From Balanoglossus misakiensis (lineage: Eukaryota; Animalia; Hemichordata), in the NCBI GenBank assembly GCA_040954595.2, contig CM082579.2:6809625-6873624 (forward strand): a DNA stretch of 64,000 bases, in the 5' to 3' direction. Positions 1 through 13,034 of the stretch are shown piece after piece (the first letter of the stretch is position 1; every line of letters begins with the position of its first letter). Both the position numbers and the translations under genes were made by a program. Below the pieces are notes generated by a model, which worked only from the letters and a program-made list of their open reading frames with translations, was not told the origin of the DNA and ran no database searches.

Positions 1-646
1 CAAAATACTACATCAAGTACATACATCTCACAACTTATCACTGATATCATGATATGTATGTGATCAATACTGACTGTGAAAATTTACCTTCAACCATAGT
101 CACTATCGTACTTCGTTCAGCCCTGCGTTATAGCGCAATTGAGAATTAAACATATGAGAAGTTTAAGAATTGACGGAAGACTCGGAAGAAAGAGGGAAAC
201 CCCTAACGAAGTCAATACGGTCCCAGCTGCATCGGGATTGGCCCCCTAAATATACACATACAGGTACGGGTGCTTCAAGTTAAAATATACTACATATGGC
301 AACAAAGAAAATGTAAACATCTTAATCGTGGCGATTGCTGGAACAATAAAATATGCTTATTGTCACGTTGTTTTACGTGTTGTCGGTCATTTTTTTTCGA
401 CGAGCGAAAGCTTTTATTCCACCGAAAGTAAAAACCAAGAAGAACTCTGCCGAGTCGTCCGGGAATTAGATTGGTCCAATCTTGTCCTATTCCCGCCGCT
501 GGCTGCGCTGCGCTACGGGAAGGAGGGACCGGGATCTCCGAAGCCGATGCTAATAATAGCTATGAATCATAAGAATCCGGACAGCGACACACCCTTCTAC
601 CTGTGGCACGTTCCTTCGCCTATCATTCCGTGATCTTGAGATCATC

Positions 647-2119
647 ATGGGTGACTTTAGTGAGCTACCAGACGTAGTTTTGGTGAGAATATTCAAGTAC
701 TTGAATCTCACAGATAGGTCTAGAGCGGCGCTCGCCTGCAGATCGTGGGCCGACACGTTGGATCACCCTTCTCTGTGGTCGTCAGCGCAGATCGTGGTAA
801 CTGCAACGCCGCTTGCACTTGGCAGGGCTAATCGAAAACGCCAGGTACAAGGGGCGTCTAATCTGCCCACACACGAGGACCAAAGGAAGGATTTAATCGA
901 ACACAAAGGTAGATACTTCCGGGATCTGAATTTGACAGTTCTGTACATTCGTAACGAGTTTGTGGGCATCGAGAAGGAGGTCATGGGGGCGCTGTGCAAT
1001 AACTGTGAACAAGTGAAGTCGCTTACGCTGTCCGTCCGCGCTGTGGCGTCCAAATACACGAGATATCTCGGCCAGCGTGCCTCAAGTACGTCGTCAAACC
1101 CGGCGTTGGAGCAAATCCAAGAGTTTGTCCGGTCATTGAAGCGGCTGCACAAGTTCGTACTGAAGGCCTGGCCGCGAAACGAAGGAGGGGCGTACAGGTG
1201 TTCCACCGTGCTGGGCGCGCTGCCAGAGAACGAGAATCTCCACAGCAACTTGAAGGAGCTCGATGTCTTCACGGAGGTGAGCGATGCGTGGGCTGCAAAG
1301 CTCCCAGCTCTCCCACAAGACGCTGAGGTTGTGGCAGCTCTTCAGAAGTTGAAGTCACTGACGTCATTCCGTACGCAGATGAGCATCGTCGCTATCGATG
1401 GTGTTCTGGAAACGATCGCGCGGTGTTGCAAGCAACTGCGATCACTCGACATATTAGTTGCGTACCAAGATGAACCAGGCGAGTTCAACAGAAATCGAGT
1501 TGCGAACGCCACCTGGAGGTCAGTGAGAGAAAGCAACCCAGAATTGAAAGTGTCGGCCACATTTCTGTGCAGGGTACAAGAAAACTTTCCTTTCCGGGCC
1601 AGCGCTGGAAGACGGGGAAATGACCTGGCCGCCATCCTGAACCCAGACATGCCACTGGCGTCAGTGGAGTTCAAGAAATATTCTCGAGTTAGTCCACAGT
1701 GTGTGACTATGCTGGCTGAAAACTACAAAGACACTCTCGAAATTTACAAAGACTTCTCAAGAGGCTCGGATCTTGATGAAGAATTGAAGGAACTTGCGGC
1801 AAAGTGCAAGTTTCTCTCCTGTATCGTCCACACTGGCGCCATACACCACGATACCATTTTGTCGGTGGCCGAAATCAAAGGTCAGAGATTGCAGCAGTTC
1901 AGTGTGTCCGAAAGTAAAATCACCCTCCCCGACAATACGGGCCTTGATGATGATGATGTTGTGGTCGTCATGGATACAAGTGGCGAATACAAGCTGGCCC
2001 AGCAAATGAGGGCCCAAATGTTGAAAGAGAAAAAGGAGAAAAGGGCAATTATTTTGGCAGAGCTTTATGCAAATGTTTCTGGCCACCTGGGAAAGAGGTG
2101 GAAGGCTTTGGGCACATAA
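647..2119 (+). CDS. Intronless F-box/leucine-rich-repeat protein (FBXL-like SCF substrate adaptor), 490 aa
   Basis: Single long ORF. N-terminal F-box motif FSELPDVVLVRIFKYLNLTDRSRAALACRSW is followed by degenerate LRR-like segments (CEQVKSLTL, LKSLTSF, CKQLRSLDI, CKFLSCI). AATAAA at ~2470. Confidence 0.85.
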   Translation: MGDFSELPDVVLVRIFKYLNLTDRSRAALACRSWADTLDHPSLWSSAQIVVTATPLALGRANRKRQVQGASNLPTHEDQRKDLIEHKGRYFRDLNLTVLYIRNEFVGIEKEVMGALCNNCEQVKSLTLSVRAVASKYTRYLGQRASSTSSNPALEQIQEFVRSLKRLHKFVLKAWPRNEGGAYRCSTVLGALPENENLHSNLKELDVFTEVSDAWAAKLPALPQDAEVVAALQKLKSLTSFRTQMSIVAIDGVLETIARCCKQLRSLDILVAYQDEPGEFNRNRVANATWRSVRESNPELKVSATFLCRVQENFPFRASAGRRGNDLAAILNPDMPLASVEFKKYSRVSPQCVTMLAENYKDTLEIYKDFSRGSDLDEELKELAAKCKFLSCIVHTGAIHHDTILSVAEIKGQRLQQFSVSESKITLPDNTGLDDDDVVVVMDTSGEYKLAQQMRAQMLKEKKEKRAIILAELYANVSGHLGKRWKALGT

Positions 2120-3106
2120 TTAATTGTACACAATTGTGTTATTTGTATGCTGTTCATGCAGTGGTCAACCAACCTACAAGACGTTTAACGTAATGATTGA
2201 GCCACTGAAATAATTCAGAAATTTCGGTTTATATACGAAATAGTAAGTGACTTTGGAAAATATTTACATGATTTCATTTAGTTAACTGAATAATCACCAC
2301 ATAGGAAAGTTTTTCTGCTATTATTAACATCCGTATATATTTACAGTATTTTCATGTACTTGGATGCCGTAGATTACACCTGTCATTTTTCAAGTTCCTT
2401 TACATCTGCAATTTACAGGCATTGGGGTCAATGTAGATATACAGAATTTGTAGTACTTTTGTAGTAGGGAATAAAGTACACTTTTATTAATAACGAAAGC
2501 GTCTGGCATTATCTGTGTTGACGACCGAGGGCGCCCTGGTAGTTGGAAGAGCGACGGAACTTTTTACATTGTTTTCATGATTTTATTTTCCAACTGAGAT
2601 TGGTACATATACGCTGCAATCAGCCTCCATACAAACACTGAGAAACAGTACACAGCTATCGTGGTATGTGTCGCTAAGAGATGACAAACTGATGCAACCA
2701 CAAGAAACATGGCCGACAAGGAAGTTCGCAATTTAAAATAAAGAAGGCGGAGGCGATTGATCCAAGGACGACCAACGACTGTTTGCAGTTGCATTGTCAG
2801 ACTTTAAAACGACACACGCCCACGTATTCTTAGCCATTTGTTCACGTCCGTCTATTTCCTTCTTCCATAATATATGTAGATGATTCCAGGAACGACACCC
2901 TTTGTAGTTCGAGGTGACGTGTACAGGCTGTGGCAGTAATTAGTCGTGAATGAAACAATCCCATCGGACAAAAGTTTCGATCGTTGATTATCTGCCGTCT
3001 TTATTGGGCCTGCTGTCGAAACTCTGACCTTTCACCTGACCGGAGTTCTGTACGAGCAAGTCTTTTTACCACAACGCACACACTGGTAGTCGTGGTGGTT
3101 TGAAAA

Positions 3107-6100
3107 ATGGCGAAGAACAAGAACGCTCTGTTGGACCTCAAGAAACGCCCGGGAAACCACGTATGTGCAGACTGTGGCAGGCACGGTGAGTACTAGTATA
3201 CACTGCATCGCGAGACGTGCATGTGGACGTATCAAGTGACGATACACGCGAAAAGGACACTGTCCCTTAAACTTTTGAGTGGTTTCAAATAGTTGTCGAG
3301 AAAGTGTTGTGTTTCTAGTTGTCTACAGCCTACAGGTGTTTACCGATACGGGTTTCGAGGACGTGGATTGGAACGACGTTTGTCAATACACACGTAATAT
3401 CCCGACTCAAGCCCCCCCCCCCCCAGACCTTATGGCCAAAGACAAAATCCCGTCTATTTGTAACTAGTTTCCGGAACTGGGTTGTAAATTCAACCGTTTC
3501 TCTTCGATATACTTTGTTCAGTACAAATTGACAGTGCAAATACCTGCCCAGTAAAGTAAGTAAACACCATCGACCGTGAAAGAAGTATTATTATGTGCAT
3601 GTAGAAACCTACTATGAGGGAGAAGAGTATACACATCTCAGCATTGAGAATTGCATTTTCGTGTAGTGTAAATAATGTCAGAAATATTTCTCACATCCCT
3701 AAGTTGACTGTGTAGGCAAAGGCCACTGCCCCCGATAGTCTTGGCACGACACGTAGCCGCATTGACTCGGTGGCATGGCGGCGTTCATATGTAGGCGTAA
3801 CGTCTCTGTGCAATAAGGAAGTAAGTACCTGAGACAAGCCATGACCCAGATGATCGGTGACCTCAATTCTTCAAGCCCAACGCTGAATGTTTGGATCACG
3901 GGTTGTAAAACTATTGTAGTCACAACCGACGTCACAAAAACAAGTAATTGTTAGAAATAGTTATACATGTAGTCCAAAGACAAGGATATCGATCGATCGA
4001 TTCATTGATTGATCGATTGATTGATTGGTTGATCGATAGATAGATAGATGTGACACTCCGGTTCCTCTCCCCGTTCCACCGACAGACCCGGGATTTGCAT
4101 CTCAAAACCTGGGCACATTCATTTGCATTGAATGTGCCGACATACACAGGCTACTGGGTCGGCACGTCAGCAAAGTGAAGTCGGTGATGGTTGACGAATG
4201 GACGGACGAAGAAGTGGAGGTAAGGAATCTGACCATTTGAGACGGGGGAGGGGTAGGATTGAGCGTACCAGCGCTGCCATATTTGTATTGCCTATCGGGA
4301 TGACACGTTGTATGACTACGCACTATTTTTTGTCCTTCACGAAGCCGAGGCCGAACCACTACACTTCCTCTTAATAGACCCATTATGGAAACCATATTTT
4401 ATTACATGTATATCAGAAATGCGATGTCGAAACCAAATGTTGATGCTGAAAGATAATCTCTTTGGCCGACCTCTTCTGGTACCTTACTGTTATATAAGGG
4501 TTGTGCGAAACGTCAAGTAGACTACCAAAATTAGTAACCAACACATGTGTCCTGCCGATTTTCCTGAAGTCGGCCTAATATCCTCAAACATACCACTGAC
4601 ATTCGCTGGGGGGGGGGGGGGCGTTGTTTGAAATTTTAATCACAGAAGTGAATCTTTGAATTTTAATACCATGAGACGATCAATATGTTTGGTCCTTCAG
4701 AGAGATGAAGCGAAAGTCATCAAATCATGAAAATCAGTATTCGTGACCCAATCCACAGTTAAGCGTTATGTGTCATTATGTTCATTTTGTGACCTACATT
4801 ACTCTATAGTTCATGGCTGCCAACGGAAACCTGGCTGCGAAGAAGAAGTACGAGCGTTACGTGGCGCCCTGCTACAAGAAGCCTGGACTAAAAGACTGCC
4901 AGTATGTATACGCAACAGAACGTTGTCTTCGTCACGTTTTCCGACCCGACACGCACGATCCACAGAATAGACCCTTTTTGATCTCCGTGGCATCCCACGA
5001 GATCTCGCTTGGCTCGCAGTTTATATGGGAGGACTTTGTCATGTGGCACAGGGAAAACAGCGCAAGGCCAATTGTGTTAAACGGCACAAAAATTACATTA
5101 TTTTTTGTTCAACTCGAATTGGCAAGTAACCAGGTGGTATGGTAATTAACCAAGTCTCACGAGATCTTGCAGTGAGTTGGAAATGATCTACTACAGGTTG
5201 GAAAGCAAAACTGGTGGATCACGGCGTTGATAACGTTTATTTTTCTTGTCCCACGCATTCAGGGGAACAACACTTTCACTTTTGCTTTGGGGAACCTCTG
5301 CGTTGTGTGACGTCACAAACCCTGGAGCGAGAGTCTATGGCGTAACTGTAATTCTAACTCGTTTTCAGGATTCTCAGAGAACAGTGGATCCGGGGCAAGT
5401 ACGAACGCCGTGAATTCATGGACGACAAACAGCAAAACTACCTCAGCGGTAGAAAAGAGGGGTTTCTATGGAAACGGGGAAAGGATGACAGCCGGTTTCA
5501 AAGTAGAAAGTTCGTCCTGGACGAAGAGGAAAATCTCATTAAATATTACGTGGACCCATCAGTAAGTGTTGTCGGTTACTTTTTTTCACTCACTTGGAAA
5601 AAATGACGTCATGGTGGCCTGCGGCTCGGGCATCATCATGCATCAGATTTACTTAATGGCAATGAAAAACCAACGACAAAGAAAGGTCACAGTTCAAATG
5701 ACATATCCGTTTTTCTGTGTAAGCTCTTGTTTCGTATGAGGTGTTAGTTTTCAGAAAGCCACTTCCGTTCAAGAAGTTTATTTCCTTTGAGTGACGTAAT
5801 GCGAGGATGTGTACCCCAACCAAACTAAAACACCAAAGTGAAGTTACGATAGCGCCACTGTGGGGGGAGGCTTACAGTTGAAACCACAGAACAATTATAT
5901 TAAAGGAAAACAGCTTTTCCCCCGTTAATCTTTCATTTTCACGAAGACTTGCAAAAATAGGGATAGGGGATGACACACATTCACCTGAAAATATGCTGAT
6001 TATTTTCTTTGTACTATCGACAATGCAGGCAAAGGATCCGAAAGCTGCATTGAAACTGTCAGAGATCCACGTGACCTTCTGCCCCGACAAGATTGGCAAC

Positions 6101-7361
6101 CCCAACGGTATGCAGATATCCTACACCAAGGATGACGTCACCAGAAATCTGTTCGTCTACAGCGACGATGGGCAGGTAACGAAACAATTAACCCCTTGCC
6201 TCCAGATATACGACGATCATGCTTAAATTAAATCGAGCAGGTAAATGACACATCCCCAAAAAATAGCCACAATTGCAGCCTTATATAACGCATCCATGTT
6301 GCTTCCCAAACTACTTACAGGACATAGTTGACTGGTTCAACGCCATACGATCCGCTAAGTTCAACAGAATGAAGATAGAAAGTCCAGGCGCAAACCAGGC
6401 AGACGTGAGTTTCATACCAATTTTCTTATATATATATATTTTTTTTTACAAAAAAGCTGTACTTGGTAGCCTAATATTGAACTCATTCGTTATCAAAGGT
6501 GAGAATATTTGGGTGAGCTTCTTTCATCAGTCTGTGCATATTGTACGAAACCGATTAGAATTCAGGAAGTACCTGAAGAACTCGTATGTCCCAATGGTAG
6601 AGCAAAATATGTGTTTAAAGCTGCGGTTCCCAGCTATTGAAGATATCGATCAGGTCTTTTGACGCCCCTGCAATGGCCGTAAATTGGCGTAAATTGCCTT
6701 TTTAGGTAACCGCACAACAAAAAAGTAGTTTCATACACAATGTGGGGTTTCTGTTGTTGTTTGTTTCTACGGACAGTTACGTGACCTGCTTGACACAGAC
6801 TACACGAAAGAAGGATTCCTGATGAAATCTGGTCCAAAAGGGAAAGAGACCTACAAGAGGCGATGGTTTACGCTGGACAGCAGAAAACTCAAATATTACT
6901 CCGACCCACTGGTGAGTATCTATAACGTGGTGACACTTTGTGGTCAGCAAAGAATGTATTCGCCAGTTGGTAATCGGGAGTTCAGCAGGATGCTGTCTTT
7001 GGTATGGTATTAGAAAGAGTTGTCAATCGGGCCCTCTAGTGATGATAGGTGTAAACACGCCTATTACAAGTGCTGGGTCTGGTGGAGTTCGGAAAATGGT
7101 CTATTCTATAAGCACACCACACGTATAATATCTGTGTCCTTTCCTCAGGATCCCCACCCAAAGGGCGAAGTGAACCTGGGCCACAGGAGAGACGGATATG
7201 CTGTCAGAGAAGGCCTGCCCCCGGGTGTCTCCGACAACAACAAAGGATTCTCTTTCACGTTGAAGACGCCGCACAGAGAGTATTATCTCAGTGCCGAAAG
7301 TCAGGAAATCCGCAAAGACTGGATGGACACGATCACCAAAACACTCGATCCAAGCCTTTAA
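3107..7361 (+). CDS. ADAP1: ArfGAP with dual PH domains (centaurin-alpha, ADAP1/2-like), 8 exons, ~358 aa
   Basis: Exons 3107-3185, 4086-4219, 4810-4901, 5369-5561, 6029-6175, 6321-6404, 6777-6911, 7149-7361; all GT-AG and frame-consistent. Protein has the ArfGAP zinc finger CADC..DPGFASQNLGTFICIECADIHR (catalytic Arg retained), ILREQWIRGKYER, PH1 (KEGFLWKRGKD..FQSRKF) and PH2 (KEGFLMKSGPK..YKRRWFTLD). Confidence 0.93.
3988..4050. repeat. Compound tetranucleotide microsatellite (GATC/GATT/GATA) in ADAP intron 1
   Basis: Directly visible: atcgatcgatcgattcattgattgatcgattgattgattggttgatcgatagatagatagat. Confidence 0.8.
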
Positions 7362-8554
7362 GGTGGAAAGCGCCTCGAAAATCAAAGTCTTGAACTTTCA
7401 CTCCAATTTCGCTCAAGGCAACTTTATATTACTCTTTTAAAATAGAGAATAGAATTTGCGGGGGGGGGGGGGGGGTCACCGTGTACAATTTTGAATGCCA
7501 AAGCAAATTTGTATCAATTTTGATATTAAAATTTGCCCGATCACTGTTTTAAGACTATGGACAAAATTTAAAGTAGCTTTTTTCATAAAAAAAACTAGAT
7601 AGTGAAAACTCATTTGTCTTATAGTTGTTTTCAAAAAAGACTTCCACACGCTGTAATATATCATAGAAGTGGAAACTTTACAATGCTAGAATAAAATAAA
7701 ACAACTTGTGACGTATATCCCAGTTATTTACATACAACACAATTCGTGACATCATGCAATGCCTTAAACTCGTAGGGTGACGAGGTGACGTCACTCAGGC
7801 GAAGATGACTGTTGAATTTTATCAGGTCATGTTGATATACCACCACAGCATACAGAATGACGGTTTTTACAGCTCAACTTGTAAATACTAGGGGTAAATA
7901 AAAATAATATGGGCTGTTCCGTTTACATGATTTTGGTAATAGGGTAGGGAGGTAGGGAAATTTCTTTATTTTGCTTTGTTATATCTTTGGCCGCTGTATA
8001 CTTGACATCGTTATTTTTACTTCCGTTTTACGAAACTCTAAAAAGTTTAGGATCGGCGGGCACATATTTTTTTATTAGGCATAGCACGGCTGGTGGGGTA
8101 GACTTTCTCACAGCCCCCCGCCCATACAGGTTTATGGTCTGAACGCTTCTCAACAACACGCGGTGCTTCTCCTTTGCTAAACTGTTATGGCACGTGTGAG
8201 AAAGTCTAAACTTGGCGTTGCTGTGGTGTGTTTATCACAGCGCTGGTATCATTTGCCACGGAGTCAGATGACACTGTGTGGACGTAAATGTTATACCACT
8301 GGATATTACTGAAGTTGCGCGCCTCGTATTTCCGAGGCATTCCGACAGTCCTGTGTGGTTCTGAGCCAACGGCGTAGTAATAATCAGCAAGGTGAGTGTA
8401 CACGCAAAATGTATTCTCAAATAGTCCAATTTTGTGTTAAGAGTGAAACCCAAGAAAATAGGGACAGTATCTAAAATCTGGACTAGACTATAGACGACAC
8501 ATATGTGTAAACATTCAAGGATGACACACGTTTCCACCACGTCCACCACCATCT

Positions 8555-8646
8555 TAGTCTAGTATCTAGCCGTGTTTTGTTCGCTTCGCTTCAAATTAAA
8601 TTAGTCGTGTCACAATGCGGGCATAACACGACTAGATACCAGAATA
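8555..8646. mobile_element. Short inverted-repeat (MITE-like) insertion with an imperfect 9-bp flanking direct repeat
   Basis: Ends TAGTCTAGTATCTAGCCGTGTT and AACACGACTAGATACCAGAATA are imperfect inverted repeats. Flanks are CCACCATCT (8546-8554) and CCACCATAT (8647-8655). Confidence 0.5.
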
Positions 8647-9150
8647 CCACCATATTGGAAGCAGCGAGTTTTGCCAACGTGGCAGTATCACACTCCTCAT
8701 ATATTTGACAGACTTTAAATTATTGATATTATAAAGATCCACCCGGTATTCTACATAACTTTACTCGTTTGCATAAACAGCTCCAGTTTTCATTTTTTAT
8801 AATAAAAAGCTCCCTAAATTAAACACACAGTGAACTCAACATAGTTCTAGATTTTCGTAAGGGTTAGGTATCCATGGAGATGAACGACCTTAAGTTTTTT
8901 TTTATTGCCTCCTTAAAACTTTTAGTATTTTAAACACGGAGTATACATTTCACTTGCTTCAATATGCATCAAATGCCTGGCGCTGCGTACAGGTCTTTTC
9001 CCAGCATTACACGGCCTAAATCATCACAGCTCAGCAAAGGTCCATAGACAAAACTGGTGGAATAAAAATACATAAACAATTAATCTTTTTTTTTTCTTTT
9101 TCACAGACTACATTGCGTTTTACCGTTTTATTCTACCATCCGTTGAGACA

Positions 9151-10487
9151 ATGGTTACGAGGGCCAAGAAGAAGCACCTGGTGATTCTGACGTCATCGCT
9201 CCTTCTAATCTCAAGTTTTAACATATTCTGGCAAAGGTGACTTTCCCGCCACGTAACGACATTTTGTATTATCGGCGAGTAAGAAATTGGCCAATATTGT
9301 CGAGTCCGCAGTCAAAATCTAACAAAATAATTTCGCAAATGCAAATTTGTTTTTATTTACAACTTCTATGTTATCGATCGCAGTGAAGGCCAAACGTTTC
9401 ACAGCGATGTAAAGTTCATTCACCAACAAGAATTTTCATTCTCTTTTCCAGTTCTGGATTCTTGAACCTGACGCTTATATTTCGTCATGTGATGAGTATG
9501 AAACCACATCATGATGAAGTTGCCTGCAAGGAAACTAGACAGATAATTTTCATAAAAACTCACAAGACAGCTAGTTCTACAACTAATAATATCATTCAAC
9601 GATTTGGATATACTCGTGGCTTAGCCTTTGCCTTACCGAAACGTGCACATATATTTAATGAAAACAAGGCGTTCTCGAGGGATCTGCTCTATCAACAAAA
9701 CCCAGCAGACGATAAAGGGAAATACTTCAACATTATAGCAAGTCATTTGCGATATAATAGACCGGAACTAGACAAAGTTGTTCCTAATGCAACATATATT
9801 GCTATTTTACGAGAACCAGTACGGAGATTTGAGTCGGCATTCGGTTATTATAATTTCGCGCTTTCCACTGGCCTCAGCAAATCCAAAAATCCACTGGCGG
9901 ATTTCATGAAGAGCCCCGACATGTATATTAGAAAAGTGGGCATACAAAAAAAAGATCGCCTGAGAAACGGTATGCTTTATAATTTGGGGTTTGATATTCG
10001 TCTCAGTGACGACGACTCTGTAATTAATGCCACGATAGAAACACTAGACAAGGAACTTGACCTTGTTCTCATCACTGATTACTACGAGGAGTCACTTGTG
10101 TTGTTGAAAAATGTGTTGTGTTGGAAAATCCAAGACCTTCTTTACATAAGCAAAGGTATACGGAGCGAAAACAGACTCTTTGAAATCCCCAAACCAGTTG
10201 CAGATAAGATATTGAAATGGAATAAGGCTGACGCTCTGTTGTACAACCATTTCAACGACACGTTTTGGAGAAGGGTGCACAGCTACGGGGATGGGTTCTA
10301 TCAAGATTTGAACGAATTTCGAATGCAGCAGCAGAAGTTCTACGAGGAGTGCGTGGATGTCAATCGAACAAGACATATCAAAGGGCGTGAAGATGGACTG
10401 GTCATGAAAACCAACGCCAGCATAACATGCAAGATCGCATTCTATCGCGACATTGAATTCACAGAATTACTGAAGAAGGAAAGTTGA
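9151..10487 (+). CDS. Galactose-3-O-sulfotransferase family (GAL3ST/cerebroside sulfotransferase-like), copy A, 2 coding exons
   Basis: Exon 9151-9236 (MVTRAKKKHLVILTSSLLLISSFNIFWQ, type II membrane anchor) splices to 9452-10487. It has the 5'-PAPS motif IFIKTHKTASST, the 3'-PAPS motif ILREPVRRFESAFGYY, and LDLVLITDYYEESLVLLK and WNKADALLYNHFN typical of the family. Confidence 0.92.
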
Positions 10488-11638
10488 AGTGGAAGTAATA
10501 GACATTACTCTAAAAATGAGAGGTGCAGCGCTTTTTAATCACAATTGCCATGGTTACCAGTGAATACAAAGGGTAAACTACAAGGTTACTTTCGTAAAAT
10601 TGTTGAACAAATTAAAATTGTCGTGAAAGCAATGAGAACTACACTAAGACTCAGTAATGTTTACGCGCAAATTGTAAAGCCAAATGGATTCCGTAGAAAT
10701 ACCACCCTTTCGGATGGGCGAACTCTCAGCAAACCCCGGTTTATAGTGAGTGTATGTAATGTGATCGAAATGTGTCAATAACATAACTGTATTTCACACT
10801 TTTCAATGTTTCAAATTCAACATTCTCTCTTCGACTAAGTCCTTTCTTAATAGACACGAGTTTGCCTTTTAAGCGTTGTTTATTTTCATAAATACTTTAT
10901 TATGTATTAGAGAATTGCTCTATTCCCAGTCTTACCGATGTCATATTAATAAAGTTACAAAAGGTAAAATATTTTGAAGCTATTTTCTTCCAACCTGTAT
11001 GATTAAAAATACACAATTAAATCTTTATTGTAGATGCATTAAACACAGAAGCACATTCAAAAACATGGTGTAGTCAACTTCCGAAGTCATTTTGGAATCT
11101 ATGTCGATTTAAGATGACTGTAACAAACAAGAAAGCATCTACAGAAAATTAGAAAATTCTAGAGGTGTGTTTCTGTGGCTAAGGCACTTTTACATGAAAT
11201 AAATGTGTGTCTTAAATGGTCGCCATATGAAGCAGAAAAAATACAAAGAAATGTCCAGCAAAAATACGCAAACTTTTATTTCGGGTGTTGATTGCAATCT
11301 CGAAGTACAATCGAATGTTCAATATATACTTTGGTAACCAGTATTATGCAAAATAAGGCCATAAACCTTTAAAAGAAAATTTGATTCCCATTTTGTAACT
11401 CCAAAGTTCGTCAAAGTTCACAATATGCCTGCATACCAAATTTCAAAGCGAAAATGAATAATCGGCGTTTGCCGTTTATTTTGGCGAGATTTTTACTCTC
11501 ATTTTCTACGAATGGGATAGATGTTGTGTGTGGTCGAACGTTGATTCACTATATATCCACATGTAGAATAACTTAAATGGTGTCTTGTATCAAACATTAT
11601 TAATGGAAAAAGGGCAGCGAGAAAGAGGCTTTGTCCCT

Positions 11639-13034
11639 TTAACCCTCCGATTGTTGCTTTTCAATGCATAATTTTTCAGTGTAGGTCTTATTTCTTCCAC
11701 GGCAACTGTCCTTCTTCAACAAAGCTGTGAATTCAACATCGCGATGGAATGCGATTTCACATACTGTGCTGGCGTTGGTTTTCATGACTAGTCCGGCTTC
11801 ACGTCCTTGGATAAGCGTTGTTCGATTGACATCCACGCACTCCTCGTAGAACTGCTGCTGCTGCATTCGAAATTCGTTCAAATCTTGATAGAACCCATCC
11901 CCGTAGCTGAGCACCCTTCTCCAAAACGTGTCGTTGAAATGGTTGTACAACAGAGCGTCAGCCTTATTCCATTTCAATATCTTATCTGCAACTGGTTTGG
12001 GGATTTCAAAGAGTCTGTTTTCGCTCCGTATACCTTTGCTTATATAAAGAAGGTCTTGGATTTTCCAACACAACACATTTTTCAACAACACAAGTGACTC
12101 CTCGTAGTAATCAGCGATGAGAACAAGGTCAAGTTCCTTGTCTAGTGTTTCTATCGTGGCATTAATTACAGAGTTGTCGTCACTGAAACGACTATCAAAC
12201 CCCAAATTAAAGAACATACCGTTTCTCAGGCGATTTTTCTCAATGCCCGGCACTTTCCGAATGTACATGTCGGGGCTCTTCATGAAATCCGCCAGTGGAT
12301 TTTTGGATTCGCTGAGGCCAGTGGAAAGCGCGAAATTATAATAACCGAATGCCGACTCAAATCTCCGTACTGGTTCTCGTAAAATAGTAATATATGTTGC
12401 ATTAGTAACAACTTTGTCTAGTTCCGGTCTATTATATCGCAAATGACTTGCTATAATGTTGAAGTATTTCCCTTTATCGTCTGCTGGGTTTTGTTGATAG
12501 AGCAGACCCCTCGAGAACGCCTTGGTTTCATTAAATATATGTGCACGTTTCGGTAAGGCAAAGGCTAAGCCACGAGTGTATCCAAATCGTTGAATGATAT
12601 TATTAGTTGTAGAACTAGCTGTCTTGTGAGTTTTTATGAAAATTATCTGTCTAGTTTCCTTGCAGGCAACTTCAAGAGGTGATTTCATACTCATCACGTG
12701 ACGAAAAGGCAGCTTCTGAATCAATAATCCAGAACTGCAAAAAGAGAATGAAAATTGTTGTTGGTGAATGAACTTTACATTGATGTGAAACATTTGGCCT
12801 TTCACTGTTATCATTGAAGAAGTTTCAAATAAAAACAAGTGTGCATTTGCGAAATTATCATGTTAGATTTTGACAGTCGACTTAACACAATTCGCCAATT
12901 TCTCACTCGCCGATTGTACAAAAGTTCGGTTCTCGGCGGGAAAGTCACCTTTGCCAGAAGATGTTAAAACTTGCGACAAGAAGGAGCAATGACGTCAGAA
13001 TCACGATCTGTTTCTTGTTTACCCTCGTAACCAT
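11639..13034 (-). CDS. Galactose-3-O-sulfotransferase family, copy B (inverted paralog of copy A), 2 coding exons
   Basis: Exons 13034-12949 (MVTRVNKKQIVILTSLLLLVASFNIFWQ) and 12734-11639. Same intron position and phase and same PAPS motifs as copy A; near-identical core sequence. Confidence 0.92.

Noticed and set aside
4086-4219. ADAP ArfGAP motif reads DPGFAS instead of the usual DPDWAS
   Set aside because: The four zinc-binding Cys and the catalytic Arg are intact; a conservative aromatic change is not evidence of altered function.
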